Shown piece after piece: positions 44,070 to 53,617 of a stretch of DNA of 64,000 nt (position 1 is the first letter of the stretch; every line of letters starts with the position of its first letter). This DNA comes from a virus. Lineage: Duplodnaviria > Heunggongvirae > Uroviricota > Caudoviricetes. A program made the position numbers and the translations under genes. The notes beneath the pieces are model-generated. The model was not told where the DNA came from, ran no database searches, and worked only from the letters and a program-made list of their open reading frames with translations. The DNA is taken from IMG/VR virus record IMGVR_UViG_3300031555_002005; one strand, written 5' to 3'.

Positions 44070-44903
44070 ATGGATACAAGTGAACTAGCAAAAAGAATGA
44101 AAGACTATGAGTCTGTGCCAAAAGCAAGGCTGATGAGGCGTTGTCCCGTGGCATGTCGTATTGACGGAAAGGCTCACCATAGCTTTACAAAAGGATTCAA
44201 AAGACCGTTTGACGAAGTTTATATTAAGTCGATGCAGAAAACAGCAAAATATTTATGTGAAAATGTACAAGGTGTTGTGCTGTCATATCAGCAGTCAGAT
44301 GAAATTACTTTGATTTTAATTGACTATAAAGAATTCAACACATCTCCATATTTTGACTACGAAATTCAAAAGCTGTGTTCAATTCTAGCTTCTATGGCAA
44401 CTATGGCGTTCAATAAGTTTTTTGCAAACGAATGTTGTCAGTGGTTTGAAAATAACATTGATTGGAGTGACCTAGACGTTGTCGCAGCAGATGAAGATAT
44501 CAAGAAGTTGTTTAATGCCTATACCAAGGCTTGTGAAAAAGGTGCAATGTTCGATGCTAGAGTATTTAATATCCCTAAGGAAGAAGTCATGAACCTTCTA
44601 TATTGGAGACAGTTAGATGCTACTAGAAACAGCATTCAAATGGTTGGGCAGGCAAACTTCTCTCATAATCAGCTTCACGGTAAGAACTGTAGCGATATTC
44701 AGGATATGTTAATGTTCGAAAAGGGCATCAACTGGAACGATTATCCGACTCACCTAAAGCGTGGCAGCTGTTGTATTAAGAAACCTTTCAAGATTAATGA
44801 GGGCACCGAGCAGGAAACAGTTCGTAACAAATGGGTAATTGACACTGAGATACCTATTTTCACGCAAGATAAAGATTATGTAAATAAATTGATTTTTATT
44901 TAA
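44070..44903 (+). CDS. Thg1-like protein (tRNA 3'-5' nucleotidyltransferase / tRNA 5'-end repair)
   Basis: RIDGKAHHSFTKGFKRPFD matches the Thg1 signature RIDGRNFHKFT...FEKPND. Confidence 0.65.
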   Translation: MDTSELAKRMKDYESVPKARLMRRCPVACRIDGKAHHSFTKGFKRPFDEVYIKSMQKTAKYLCENVQGVVLSYQQSDEITLILIDYKEFNTSPYFDYEIQKLCSILASMATMAFNKFFANECCQWFENNIDWSDLDVVAADEDIKKLFNAYTKACEKGAMFDARVFNIPKEEVMNLLYWRQLDATRNSIQMVGQANFSHNQLHGKNCSDIQDMLMFEKGINWNDYPTHLKRGSCCIKKPFKINEGTEQETVRNKWVIDTEIPIFTQDKDYVNKLIFI

Positions 44904-44986
44904 AAAAGTTCTTGACAAACAAAGAATATATGATATAATACACACAGTTAAATAACAACACAAAATTAATTAAGGAGAAAAACATT

Positions 44987-45595
44987 GTGGGTAAATATCA
45001 GAAAAAAGTAAATCGCTTTTCTCAAATTCAAAAAGTAGTGATTTACGTAATCATTTTTGCTATTGTGATTATGACTCCCGTTGTAAGTCAACGAGTCAAG
45101 TACGAAAAGCAAATTGCAGAAATTAATGCCAATCACGAAGAAGAGATGGTTGCTCTTCGTGCAGAATTACAGAGTGATTACGAATCCAAAGTCTCTGAAC
45201 TTGAACAATACTATGAATATGGTGGAGATGTTTCTCAGATCGAACGAGAAGCAGAATACATCGCAAAGGTTATTTATGGCACTGCTCGCAATCATGTGGA
45301 TTCCGATAAGAAAGCTGTTGTGTGGTGTATCTTAAATCGAGTTGAACATTATGCCCACCCTGACACTATTGCAGAAGTTTGTGAACAGCCTAAACAGTGG
45401 ATGGGCTACTCTAGTGACAATCCAGTTTTAACTGAGAATTATGATTTAGCTCTAGCTGAATTAAAGACCTGGTATAACGATGGTCATCGCCCTATGAGTA
45501 GTGACTACATCTATTTATCTTGGTCTTCCAAGGAAATTCTGTTGCGAGATACTTTTGAAGAAAACAAGAACACCCATTATTGGCGTATGAGATAA
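44987..45595 (+). CDS. SleB-like cell-wall hydrolase with N-terminal membrane anchor
   Basis: VVWCILNRVEH..HPDTIAEVCEQPKQW Hydrolase_2 motif; GTG start with AAGGAG RBS. Confidence 0.6.
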   Translation: MGKYQKKVNRFSQIQKVVIYVIIFAIVIMTPVVSQRVKYEKQIAEINANHEEEMVALRAELQSDYESKVSELEQYYEYGGDVSQIEREAEYIAKVIYGTARNHVDSDKKAVVWCILNRVEHYAHPDTIAEVCEQPKQWMGYSSDNPVLTENYDLALAELKTWYNDGHRPMSSDYIYLSWSSKEILLRDTFEENKNTHYWRMR

Positions 45596-45607
45596 AGGAG
45601 ACTTTAA

Positions 45608-46156
45608 ATGAAGAGTTCAAAGATTGTATTAATTACTATTGCAATTATTATTGCAACTATTCTACTGGGTGTATTTGCATTCCAGGGTGTGCAGAATAAA
45701 GCAATTTCCCTAGAGGAGCAGATTTACACTGCATACTCTGACATTGATGTTCAGCAGAAGCGCAGAGCAGACCTTATTCCCAATCTGGTAGACTGCGTTA
45801 AAGCATATGACAAGCATGAATATCAGACTCTGATGGACGTTGTGAGCGCAAGAGGCACTGATTCTGACCAGTCTGTAGCAGAAATCCAGACTATGATTCA
45901 GGCGGTTGCAGAAGCGTATCCTGACCTGAAGAGCAATGAGAACTATAAGGAGCTTATGAATGAGCTTGCAACCACAGAGAATCTAATTGCAAACTACCGT
46001 AGCAACTATAATAAATGGATCAAGAGCTATAATCAGTATGTTCGCAAGTTCCCTAACAAGCAGATTCTAAGTATGCTTGGCTATGAAGCAGTTGCCTATA
46101 CTTATTTGGACTATAATACGTCTGCCGATGCCCCTACTAATTTGTTTGGTGATTAA
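45608..46156 (+). CDS. lemA: LemA family membrane protein
   Basis: N-terminal TM plus the LemA-like motif RADLIPNLV. Confidence 0.65.
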   Translation: MKSSKIVLITIAIIIATILLGVFAFQGVQNKAISLEEQIYTAYSDIDVQQKRRADLIPNLVDCVKAYDKHEYQTLMDVVSARGTDSDQSVAEIQTMIQAVAEAYPDLKSNENYKELMNELATTENLIANYRSNYNKWIKSYNQYVRKFPNKQILSMLGYEAVAYTYLDYNTSADAPTNLFGD

Positions 46157-46158
46157 TA

Positions 46159-46911
46159 ATGAAAGTTACAAAACGAGAAGTTCTGTTTAGCATTGTTATT
46201 GTTTGTGCCATGCTCATCATTGGTATTGTTATTGCTGGCAATATCAATGATGCAGTTATGGAAAAGCAGCAAGAATATATTACTGCATTGCAAATTAATA
46301 ATGATAAAGACCTATTTGAATATGGTATGAGAACGAACGTTGGTAATGCATTTGTATATGGTGAGCTAAAAGCTGTTGACACCGTGACGTTCGATGAAAT
46401 TGGTGGAGAATATTCATATGTTGAAAAAGTCAAAGAGAGATACACAAGACACACCAGAACCGTAACAAAAACTAGAACTGTTAATGGCAAGACTCAAACA
46501 TATACTGAAACAGAAGTGTATTGGACCTGGGATGAAGTAGATAGTTGGGATAAACATTCTGAGAAAATTACATTTTTAGACGTTGAGTTTGATTATGGTA
46601 AAATTAATTTTCCCAGTGAACGTCATATTGACACACAAGATGGCGGATATCATATTAGATATGTATACTATGGTGCACCAACATACAGCATTGGTACAAT
46701 TTATACAAATTTAAAAGATGATACAATTTCTAACTATACCACTATGTATCATAACTGCACAATTGAAGAAACTCTTGAGATTAAAACAAACGATTTTGGA
46801 ATTATATTCTTTTGGATTTGTTGGGTTTTCCTAACTGGCGTAGTTGTTTATGGATTCTATTATATCGACAATAGGTGGCTCGAAGACAACTATAGAAGAA
46901 GATATTATTAA
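46159..46911 (+). CDS. membrane protein (N- and C-terminal TM helices)
   Basis: Hydrophobic termini. Confidence 0.5.
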   Translation: MKVTKREVLFSIVIVCAMLIIGIVIAGNINDAVMEKQQEYITALQINNDKDLFEYGMRTNVGNAFVYGELKAVDTVTFDEIGGEYSYVEKVKERYTRHTRTVTKTRTVNGKTQTYTETEVYWTWDEVDSWDKHSEKITFLDVEFDYGKINFPSERHIDTQDGGYHIRYVYYGAPTYSIGTIYTNLKDDTISNYTTMYHNCTIEETLEIKTNDFGIIFFWICWVFLTGVVVYGFYYIDNRWLEDNYRRRYY

Positions 46912-46917
46912 TTTATA

Positions 46918-46950
46918 CGGGTCACGGCAAAACTGTGGCCCGTTTTTTGT
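46918..46950 (+). terminator. rho-independent terminator
   Basis: CGGGTCAC...GTGGCCCG followed by a T6 run. Confidence 0.6.
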
Positions 46951-46964
46951 ATATATTGTCAATA

Positions 46965-46993
46965 TTGACAATACAAAATTAATGTGGTATAAT
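46965..46993 (+). promoter_or_regulatory. sigma-A-type promoter with the conserved element as spacer
   Basis: TTGACA-atacaaaattaatgtgg-TATAAT. Confidence 0.6.
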
Positions 46994-47021
46994 AGCGATG
47001 CTAGAAAGGAGTTGGAATTAT

Positions 47022-48749
47022 TTGAAATATAAACTAATAGGAAGCAATGATACAAATAATATAATTAAAACAATATTAAACAACAGAGGAATAGAAGACT
47101 GGAATGGGTACATTAACCTTAGTAAAGCTCCACGAGACACATATGATAACTTGGATAATATTGCAAAAGCTGTTTTTGCGTTTGATTTGCACTATGTACA
47201 GAAACATCCAATTGCAATTCTTGTGGACAATGACGTTGATGGTGTTTGTAGTAGTACATTAATGTACAGGTTTATTAAGACACTTGATCCAGATTACGAT
47301 GTTAGAATGTATGTTCACAGAAAAAATAAGAGTCATGGACTAGATGGAGACTTCGACATTGACAGTGATATTAAGTTGTTAATTGTGCCAGATGCAGGAT
47401 CCAACGATGTTGCAGAGCATAAAAGACTGTATTACGAGCTTGGAATTGATTGTTTGTGTTTAGACCATCACCAAGTAACTGTTGATACAAGCAAGAGCCC
47501 AGCGATCATTGTTAACAATCAAACAAGTGATAGATATGAAAACAAAGGATGCTGTGGCGCATCAGTGACACTAGAATTCTGCAGAGCACTAGAAGAATTT
47601 TATTGGGAAGACGTATGCGACGATCTGTTAGACCTTGCCGCTGTGGCAAATGTATGTGACATTATGCCAATCACTGAATTTGAAACTAGAGCAGTAATTA
47701 ATGAGGGCTTGTCTAATATAAACAACAAGATGCTACAAGAAATCATTAAAGCTCAAGACTTCTCCATGAAAGGTATTGTGAGTCCACATACAGTAGGTTT
47801 TTATGTTGGCCCTCTAATCAATGCTTTTATTCGCATGGCAACTTTTGAAGAGCGTCAACTACTTGTTCGAGCATTTTGCGAAGATGAGTCTGAAACTTTT
47901 TCGTACACAAAACGTGGAGAATCACTACCAACTGAAGAGAACATTTATGAACATGTTGTTCGACTAATGAAGTCATATAAGGGCAAACAAGACCGACAGA
48001 GACAAAATACTTTACCTACGCTTGTAAACAAGGGTAAAGAGTGTGATGGTAACGTTGCACTTATTGATGCCACTGGCATTATTGACACATCTCTAACAGG
48101 AGTTGTGGCAATCAAGGTTTCAGAATCTTTAAACAAGCCAACATTACTTTTACAACAAAGAAATGACAAAGTGTATGGAGGAAGTGGCAGAGTATTTGAT
48201 AACTGTCCAATAGAAGACTTCAGAGCACTTGTTGATGAATGTCCTTACACCACCTTGGCACAAGGGCACCCAGGTGCATTCGGAATTGAGATTCCAGTTG
48301 AGAATATAGGACTTGCAAGAGATTGGCTTAACGAGCGGCTTGCGAATGTTGATATGGATAAAGTCTACAACGTTGACTTCGAAATCAACGCAGAAAATCT
48401 TTCTATTCCAATGTTCCAAGCGCTTGACCAAAACAAAACACTTTGGGGACATAACGTTAACGAACCTTTGTTCGCAATTAATAATCTACACATATCTTCT
48501 GAGAACTCTAGAATCTGTGGCAAAAGTCAAAATACAATTCAGATTTATGATGAAGTAGCAAACGTAAAGTATGTTATGTTCTTCTGCAATGGAGCAGAGG
48601 AACTGTATCAATGGATTAGTAATAACTGGGGAGATGATAAAGCAGTTATTACTGTTATTGGTACACTTGGATTGAGCTTGTATGAAGGTAAGCTAGATAG
48701 TCAAGTTATTATTAAGGATGCAAGAATAGAAAAAACAATACAAAATTAA
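47022..48749 (+). CDS. DHH-family phosphoesterase (RecJ-like ssDNA exonuclease)
   Basis: DNDVDG and CLDHHQ DHH motifs; probable TTG start after AAAGGAG. Confidence 0.65.
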   Translation: MKYKLIGSNDTNNIIKTILNNRGIEDWNGYINLSKAPRDTYDNLDNIAKAVFAFDLHYVQKHPIAILVDNDVDGVCSSTLMYRFIKTLDPDYDVRMYVHRKNKSHGLDGDFDIDSDIKLLIVPDAGSNDVAEHKRLYYELGIDCLCLDHHQVTVDTSKSPAIIVNNQTSDRYENKGCCGASVTLEFCRALEEFYWEDVCDDLLDLAAVANVCDIMPITEFETRAVINEGLSNINNKMLQEIIKAQDFSMKGIVSPHTVGFYVGPLINAFIRMATFEERQLLVRAFCEDESETFSYTKRGESLPTEENIYEHVVRLMKSYKGKQDRQRQNTLPTLVNKGKECDGNVALIDATGIIDTSLTGVVAIKVSESLNKPTLLLQQRNDKVYGGSGRVFDNCPIEDFRALVDECPYTTLAQGHPGAFGIEIPVENIGLARDWLNERLANVDMDKVYNVDFEINAENLSIPMFQALDQNKTLWGHNVNEPLFAINNLHISSENSRICGKSQNTIQIYDEVANVKYVMFFCNGAEELYQWISNNWGDDKAVITVIGTLGLSLYEGKLDSQVIIKDARIEKTIQN

Positions 48750-48767
48750 TATAAAAGGAGCAATAAA

Positions 48768-49937
48768 ATGATTCATTCTTATCAGAAACCTTTGAGTGGC
48801 AAAAGTGTTGGTGTAGTATTTGGCTCTTTTGCCCCTCTACACCAAGGTCATCTGGACTGCATTATGAGGGCAAAGAAAGAAAATGATGGCGGCGCAATTG
48901 TAATCGTTTGCGGATTCGACGGTGACAAGGGTGGTAAAATGATGCCACTAAAGCGAAGATACAGATATGTTAGAGAGTTCTTCTCTGATGATGATTTGGT
49001 TGCTGTATATGCAATTGATGACGGTGAGATTGGCGCAGAGCCTTATCCTAATGGTTGGGAAAAGTGGCTCGACGAGTTTTGGAATATTTGGGAAAAGGCC
49101 ACTGAGCTATCTTGGAAAGAAACAGATGGTCCAGAAGGTTTTGAAACTAGTGTTAGTTTGGAACGTCCTAAGCGCCACTGGTATGCAGGTGACCCTAATT
49201 ATGTGAGTGACCTCGTTGAACGTGGCGAAGAAGCAACTCTGCTTGACCGTGTAGCAGACAATCCTATTTGTGCAACAATGATTCGTCAGAATCCTATTAA
49301 GCACTGGGATAAAATTACTTTCCCCTTCCGTCGTCTGTTTAGCCACAACATTCTAATTTGTGGCACAGCATCTGAAGGTAAATCAACTCTTACAACGGAT
49401 CTTGGTAAGTATTTCAATGCGCCTTATAGCTATGAATGGGCACGTGACTATATGAGAGAAAGTTGCGTTATTGACTGGGAACTAGATGGCGCAGATTATA
49501 TGGCTTTCCTTGAAGGCCAGTACAACCTAAACAAGCAGATGATTAATTCTCCTGGCAATCATGGCATTTTCTTTGCTGATTCTGACTCTATGGTAACTAG
49601 AATGTATGCAGAGTATTATGCTCAGGATGAAACTTGTGCGCTTACTCAAGAAGAATTTGAACGAGTAGCAGTAATGGCCGATGAAATTACACGTAAATCT
49701 CGTTGGGACAAGATCTTCTTACTGGCACCGCATGGTGTATTTGTTGACGACCATGAAAGATATATGGCTCATTCTGGCATGAAGGAACGGCAAGAGCTAT
49801 TTGAAATCCTATGCAGAAACATTAAGGAATCTGGAAACTGGGACAAGGTTACAATTCTAACTGGAAACTATTACGAAAATTTCATGGCAATTGTAAGTTA
49901 TGTAAAAGATCGAATTGAGAAAGGCATGGCTGATTAA
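48768..49937 (+). CDS. nadR: NadR-like bifunctional NMN adenylyltransferase / ribosylnicotinamide kinase
   Basis: GSFAPLHQGH (HxGH nucleotidyltransferase) N-terminal domain; C-terminal P-loop GTASEGKST. Confidence 0.7.
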   Translation: MIHSYQKPLSGKSVGVVFGSFAPLHQGHLDCIMRAKKENDGGAIVIVCGFDGDKGGKMMPLKRRYRYVREFFSDDDLVAVYAIDDGEIGAEPYPNGWEKWLDEFWNIWEKATELSWKETDGPEGFETSVSLERPKRHWYAGDPNYVSDLVERGEEATLLDRVADNPICATMIRQNPIKHWDKITFPFRRLFSHNILICGTASEGKSTLTTDLGKYFNAPYSYEWARDYMRESCVIDWELDGADYMAFLEGQYNLNKQMINSPGNHGIFFADSDSMVTRMYAEYYAQDETCALTQEEFERVAVMADEITRKSRWDKIFLLAPHGVFVDDHERYMAHSGMKERQELFEILCRNIKESGNWDKVTILTGNYYENFMAIVSYVKDRIEKGMAD

Positions 49938-50429
49938 ATGGCTAAAATGTATTTAATGTGCGGTTGCAGTGGCGCAGGAAAGACAACATTTGCAAAAGAG
50001 TTTGCCAAGAAAAATAGCCTTAAGTATTTAGGTATTGATGATTTCTACGCACTAGTCAATGGTGATGAATGTATACACACTAATTCATTTGAAGTGTGGA
50101 TTGAATTTTATAAAGCAATTCATGAAGCAGAGATTAATAATCTTGACGTAGTTATTGATACAAATGCAATTACTCGTTCTCATCGTGAACAGTTTATTGA
50201 TTGGTTTCCAACTTTTGAACATCATCTAATTTACATTAAAGCTACACATGACCTAAGAAAGCAGAACAATAAATCTCGTCGCAGACAAGTTCCAGACGAT
50301 GTAATGGATAAAATGCGTGACCAATTTCAAATACCTTTGTTGAGTGAAAAGTTTAAAACAATCACAATAATTAGAAACGTTGATAATAATTTTAGAGTAC
50401 CTATTGTATTAAAAGGAGAAGCAAAATGA
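49938..50429 (+). CDS. P-loop kinase (AAA_33/zeta-like)
   Basis: MCGCSGAGKTT Walker A. Confidence 0.5.
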   Translation: MAKMYLMCGCSGAGKTTFAKEFAKKNSLKYLGIDDFYALVNGDECIHTNSFEVWIEFYKAIHEAEINNLDVVIDTNAITRSHREQFIDWFPTFEHHLIYIKATHDLRKQNNKSRRRQVPDDVMDKMRDQFQIPLLSEKFKTITIIRNVDNNFRVPIVLKGEAK

Positions 50430-51118
50430 AGAATTGGGTATTGAAGAATTTTTGGAATGGATACACTCTTTTCGAGAAGCTGTTTATGCTAGTAGCAGTA
50501 GCAATGCAGGTGATTGTCTTTATGATTACACCTGATAGTTGGCTAAATATCGTAGCTGGCCTTGCTGGTGTAGTGTCTGTTATTATGTGCGCCAAGGGTA
50601 GAACCATGTTCTATTTTATTGGCTTTATTCAGACGGTAACGTATCTGGTTCTTGCATGGCAGAATAGATTTTATGGCGAAGTGCTTGAAAACATTTTCTA
50701 CTTTGTAACTATGATTTTGGGCATTTTTGAGTGGAAGAAGAATGAAGTCACCAATGCTGACGGTACTGAGGATGTTATTGCCAAGAAGTTCAGTCCCACT
50801 CAGTGGATTCTGTCTATTGCTGGCACTGTAATTGCAACGATGGCTATGGGTTACTGGTTAGACGGTATTGGTAGCGCACAGGCATATACAGATGCAGCTA
50901 CTAATGTTATGGCTATCTTTGCTCAGCTTTTAATGGTTTGGAGATTCCGTGAGCAGTGGATTTGGTGGATCGTAATTGATCTGTTCTGCATCAAGATGTG
51001 GTTCGTTGCAGGTAATTGGTCCATGGTTGCAATGTACATTGTTTGGACTGTAAATGCAATTTATGGTTGGATTAATTGGAGTAAGTTGAACAAGATTCAG
51101 AGCGTTAAGGAGGCTTAA
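50426..51118 (+). CDS. pnuC: PnuC nicotinamide riboside transporter
   Basis: About 230-aa polytopic membrane protein, Trp-rich, with PnuC-like layout, immediately after NadR. Confidence 0.6.
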   Translation: MKNWVLKNFWNGYTLFEKLFMLVAVAMQVIVFMITPDSWLNIVAGLAGVVSVIMCAKGRTMFYFIGFIQTVTYLVLAWQNRFYGEVLENIFYFVTMILGIFEWKKNEVTNADGTEDVIAKKFSPTQWILSIAGTVIATMAMGYWLDGIGSAQAYTDAATNVMAIFAQLLMVWRFREQWIWWIVIDLFCIKMWFVAGNWSMVAMYIVWTVNAIYGWINWSKLNKIQSVKEA

Positions 51119-51120
51119 AT

Positions 51121-51567
51121 ATGACACTAGAAAAGCTACAGTCTGAAATGGTTCAGGCTATGAAGGACAAAGATAAACTACGCAAGTCCGTACTTTCTGG
51201 ACTTGTGGACGCAGTAAAGAAAGCATCTATGACCAATAATGGTCGTATTGAAATTACAGAGCAGCTTGTTGATGAAGTTCTGTTAAAGTATAAGAAAATG
51301 GTTCAAGAACAGATTGACACTTGTCCTGCAAAGCGCATTGAAACTCTTGAAGAGTATAAGGCGCAGATGGCAGTTGTTACCGAATTTGCACCTACTCTGA
51401 TCACTGATGAAACTGAGATTCATTATCTCATTCTTGACATTGTTAATAATGAACATGAATTCTCAAAATCAAATAGAGGCGTTCTTATGAAGATTCTTGC
51501 TCCTGTACTGAAGGGTAAGGCAGATATGAGTATTGTTAATAAGGTACTTGGAGGAATGTTGCAGTGA
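51121..51567 (+). CDS. GatB/YqeY-domain protein
   Basis: N-terminal LQSEMVQAMKDKDKLRKSVL resembles the YqeY family. Confidence 0.55.
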   Translation: MTLEKLQSEMVQAMKDKDKLRKSVLSGLVDAVKKASMTNNGRIEITEQLVDEVLLKYKKMVQEQIDTCPAKRIETLEEYKAQMAVVTEFAPTLITDETEIHYLILDIVNNEHEFSKSNRGVLMKILAPVLKGKADMSIVNKVLGGMLQ

Positions 51568-52841
51568 ACACTAATATATTTGTGCCAAAGCAAATCAATG
51601 TTGGTTTTCAAAATCGCAAAGATACATATTCTGGCAAGCTCGCATATGTAATTTACTTTGACGAAAAAGGAAAACTTCGCAAAGAAACTTCATGGAATAG
51701 TTGGAGAGATGAGAACATCCCCAATGAAATCTATGACAATGAGCCAACTGAAGGATTTGTTTTAAACAAAAAGGTTGGCGGTGTGGAAGAATGTTGGGGC
51801 TGGGATCCAAGAAAAACATACACAAGAGTCTATGATCCAAGAGGATTTGAATTTGAAATTACAATTCCTAATCTGCTATGGATTCTAGAAAACGCCAATT
51901 GTATTAAGGGCAAGGGTCTTGAAGGTGAGTTTGTTTATGGTTGGGATGGAAAGGAACTATTGCTAGTTCCTGTAGACTCTGCAGACTATAAAGAAATTGA
52001 AAGAAAGAATAAGATTTTCCACAATAACGAATTTATTAAAGCAAAAGACTTAAAAGTTGGCGCAACATATTTAAGTAAAAACGACGGTAAATACGTATAT
52101 ATGGGAAAGTTTGATAAATATGAACAAGGTTATTGGAAAAATGGTTTGTTCTTTACAACTCGCAAAAAGATGATTAAATATTGTGAAGAAAACAATATTC
52201 CGCCAACAAAAACATATAATGGTTATTGGACTACAAGCTGTTATGAAGCAGATAAGTGGGATTATGGCCCTGTTGGTAAACAGCATTGTTTCTATTACTC
52301 ATGGACAGACAGTAATGGTGCAGAGCGTTCTACATTTGAATGGAAAGCTTCAATTAGTAAATTTTTAATTAATGTAATTGATGAAAATTGTAATGCAAAT
52401 TATGCAACATATTTTGATTCATTGGAGCGCAAGCCAAGCTATTCTATGCCAGATAACGATAAAGTAACATACCACGAAGAGTTACTTGAAGACTTCTCTA
52501 AAAGAGCATATACTCCAAATTATTATTGGCCATATGCAACAGTTTATTTTTATTCAAATATAAATGGCAAAATTGAACGTTTTAAAATTGTTCCTAAAAA
52601 TAGTAATGTTAATGAATATGTGTTATATAAATGCAAAGTAGATAATAATTATGCAGAAAAAGAAGTTCTAGATATTTTTCCTGTAATAAGTGAAGAAAAA
52701 ACTGAATATCGTTGGCCATATAAAAAGTACACAGAACATCACATGATTCCAGCAACATGGCAGGAAATATATAATAAAATGAAACCAATGTACAAGCAAA
52801 CTTATTTAACTAATGGAAAAGAATATACAAAGGGGTATTAA
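51564..52841 (+). CDS. hypothetical protein (425 aa)
   Basis: GTG start overlapping the upstream stop. Confidence 0.5.
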   Translation: MNTNIFVPKQINVGFQNRKDTYSGKLAYVIYFDEKGKLRKETSWNSWRDENIPNEIYDNEPTEGFVLNKKVGGVEECWGWDPRKTYTRVYDPRGFEFEITIPNLLWILENANCIKGKGLEGEFVYGWDGKELLLVPVDSADYKEIERKNKIFHNNEFIKAKDLKVGATYLSKNDGKYVYMGKFDKYEQGYWKNGLFFTTRKKMIKYCEENNIPPTKTYNGYWTTSCYEADKWDYGPVGKQHCFYYSWTDSNGAERSTFEWKASISKFLINVIDENCNANYATYFDSLERKPSYSMPDNDKVTYHEELLEDFSKRAYTPNYYWPYATVYFYSNINGKIERFKIVPKNSNVNEYVLYKCKVDNNYAEKEVLDIFPVISEEKTEYRWPYKKYTEHHMIPATWQEIYNKMKPMYKQTYLTNGKEYTKGY

Positions 52842-52843
52842 TT

Positions 52844-53257
52844 ATGAGCAAGAATGATGATAGAATTTTAACTCTCAAGAAACAGATTGAAGACAAGAAG
52901 AAGGAGCTAGGTAAGCAGCCTAGATTCACTCCTGTAACCACATGTATGTTTACTTATAACGGCAATAGAGTGAATATTCACACTCTAACATCTGTTAAGG
53001 ATATTAATGCAATGTTAGTTTATTTTAATATCTACGCCATGTCTGCAGAGAACCTTGGCATTAACCTAGAAGATGTTGCTTTTGATGGTTTTTCTGTTGC
53101 TGATTGGATGGAAGACCTACATTCTAAGAAGACAGTTATTGAATATACCGCAAAGAAGTCTCAGCTAACTGTAATGGAAAAGAAGTTGGACAAGCTACTA
53201 TCTGACGATAAGAAGACAGAGCTAGAAATTGATGCAATTGCTGACCTGTTGGGGTGA
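52844..53257 (+). CDS. hypothetical protein
   Basis: ORF. Confidence 0.5.
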   Translation: MSKNDDRILTLKKQIEDKKKELGKQPRFTPVTTCMFTYNGNRVNIHTLTSVKDINAMLVYFNIYAMSAENLGINLEDVAFDGFSVADWMEDLHSKKTVIEYTAKKSQLTVMEKKLDKLLSDDKKTELEIDAIADLLG

Positions 53258-53262
53258 TAAAT

Positions 53263-53616
53263 ATGTTTGGTTTTAACAAAAATAATAGCTTTAGTCGAAT
53301 TGTTATTAATGGAAAATCCATTGACTGTGTTGGTAATAACATTACTGTACAAAACGGCAAAGTCATCGTTGATGGCAAGGTAATTCAGTCCAACATTGGA
53401 TATGATATCAAGGTTGTTGTATATGGTGACGTAAATAAGCTTGATTGCGCTGGCTCTGTTGAAGTGCATGGCAATTGTGGTTCCATTGATTGTAGCGGCA
53501 GCTGTAAAGTAGATGGTAATGTTAATGGTGACATTGACGCAAGTGGATCTGTGACTTGTGGTAATGTCTCAGGTGATATTGATTGCAGTGGAAGTGTAAG
53601 ATGTAGAAGGGGATAA
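53263..53616 (+). CDS. Gly/Asp/Cys-rich repeat (beta-helix-like) small protein
   Basis: GGGGTGA RBS; repeats DCxGSV. Confidence 0.45.
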   Translation: MFGFNKNNSFSRIVINGKSIDCVGNNITVQNGKVIVDGKVIQSNIGYDIKVVVYGDVNKLDCAGSVEVHGNCGSIDCSGSCKVDGNVNGDIDASGSVTCGNVSGDIDCSGSVRCRRG

Positions 53617-53617
53617 A

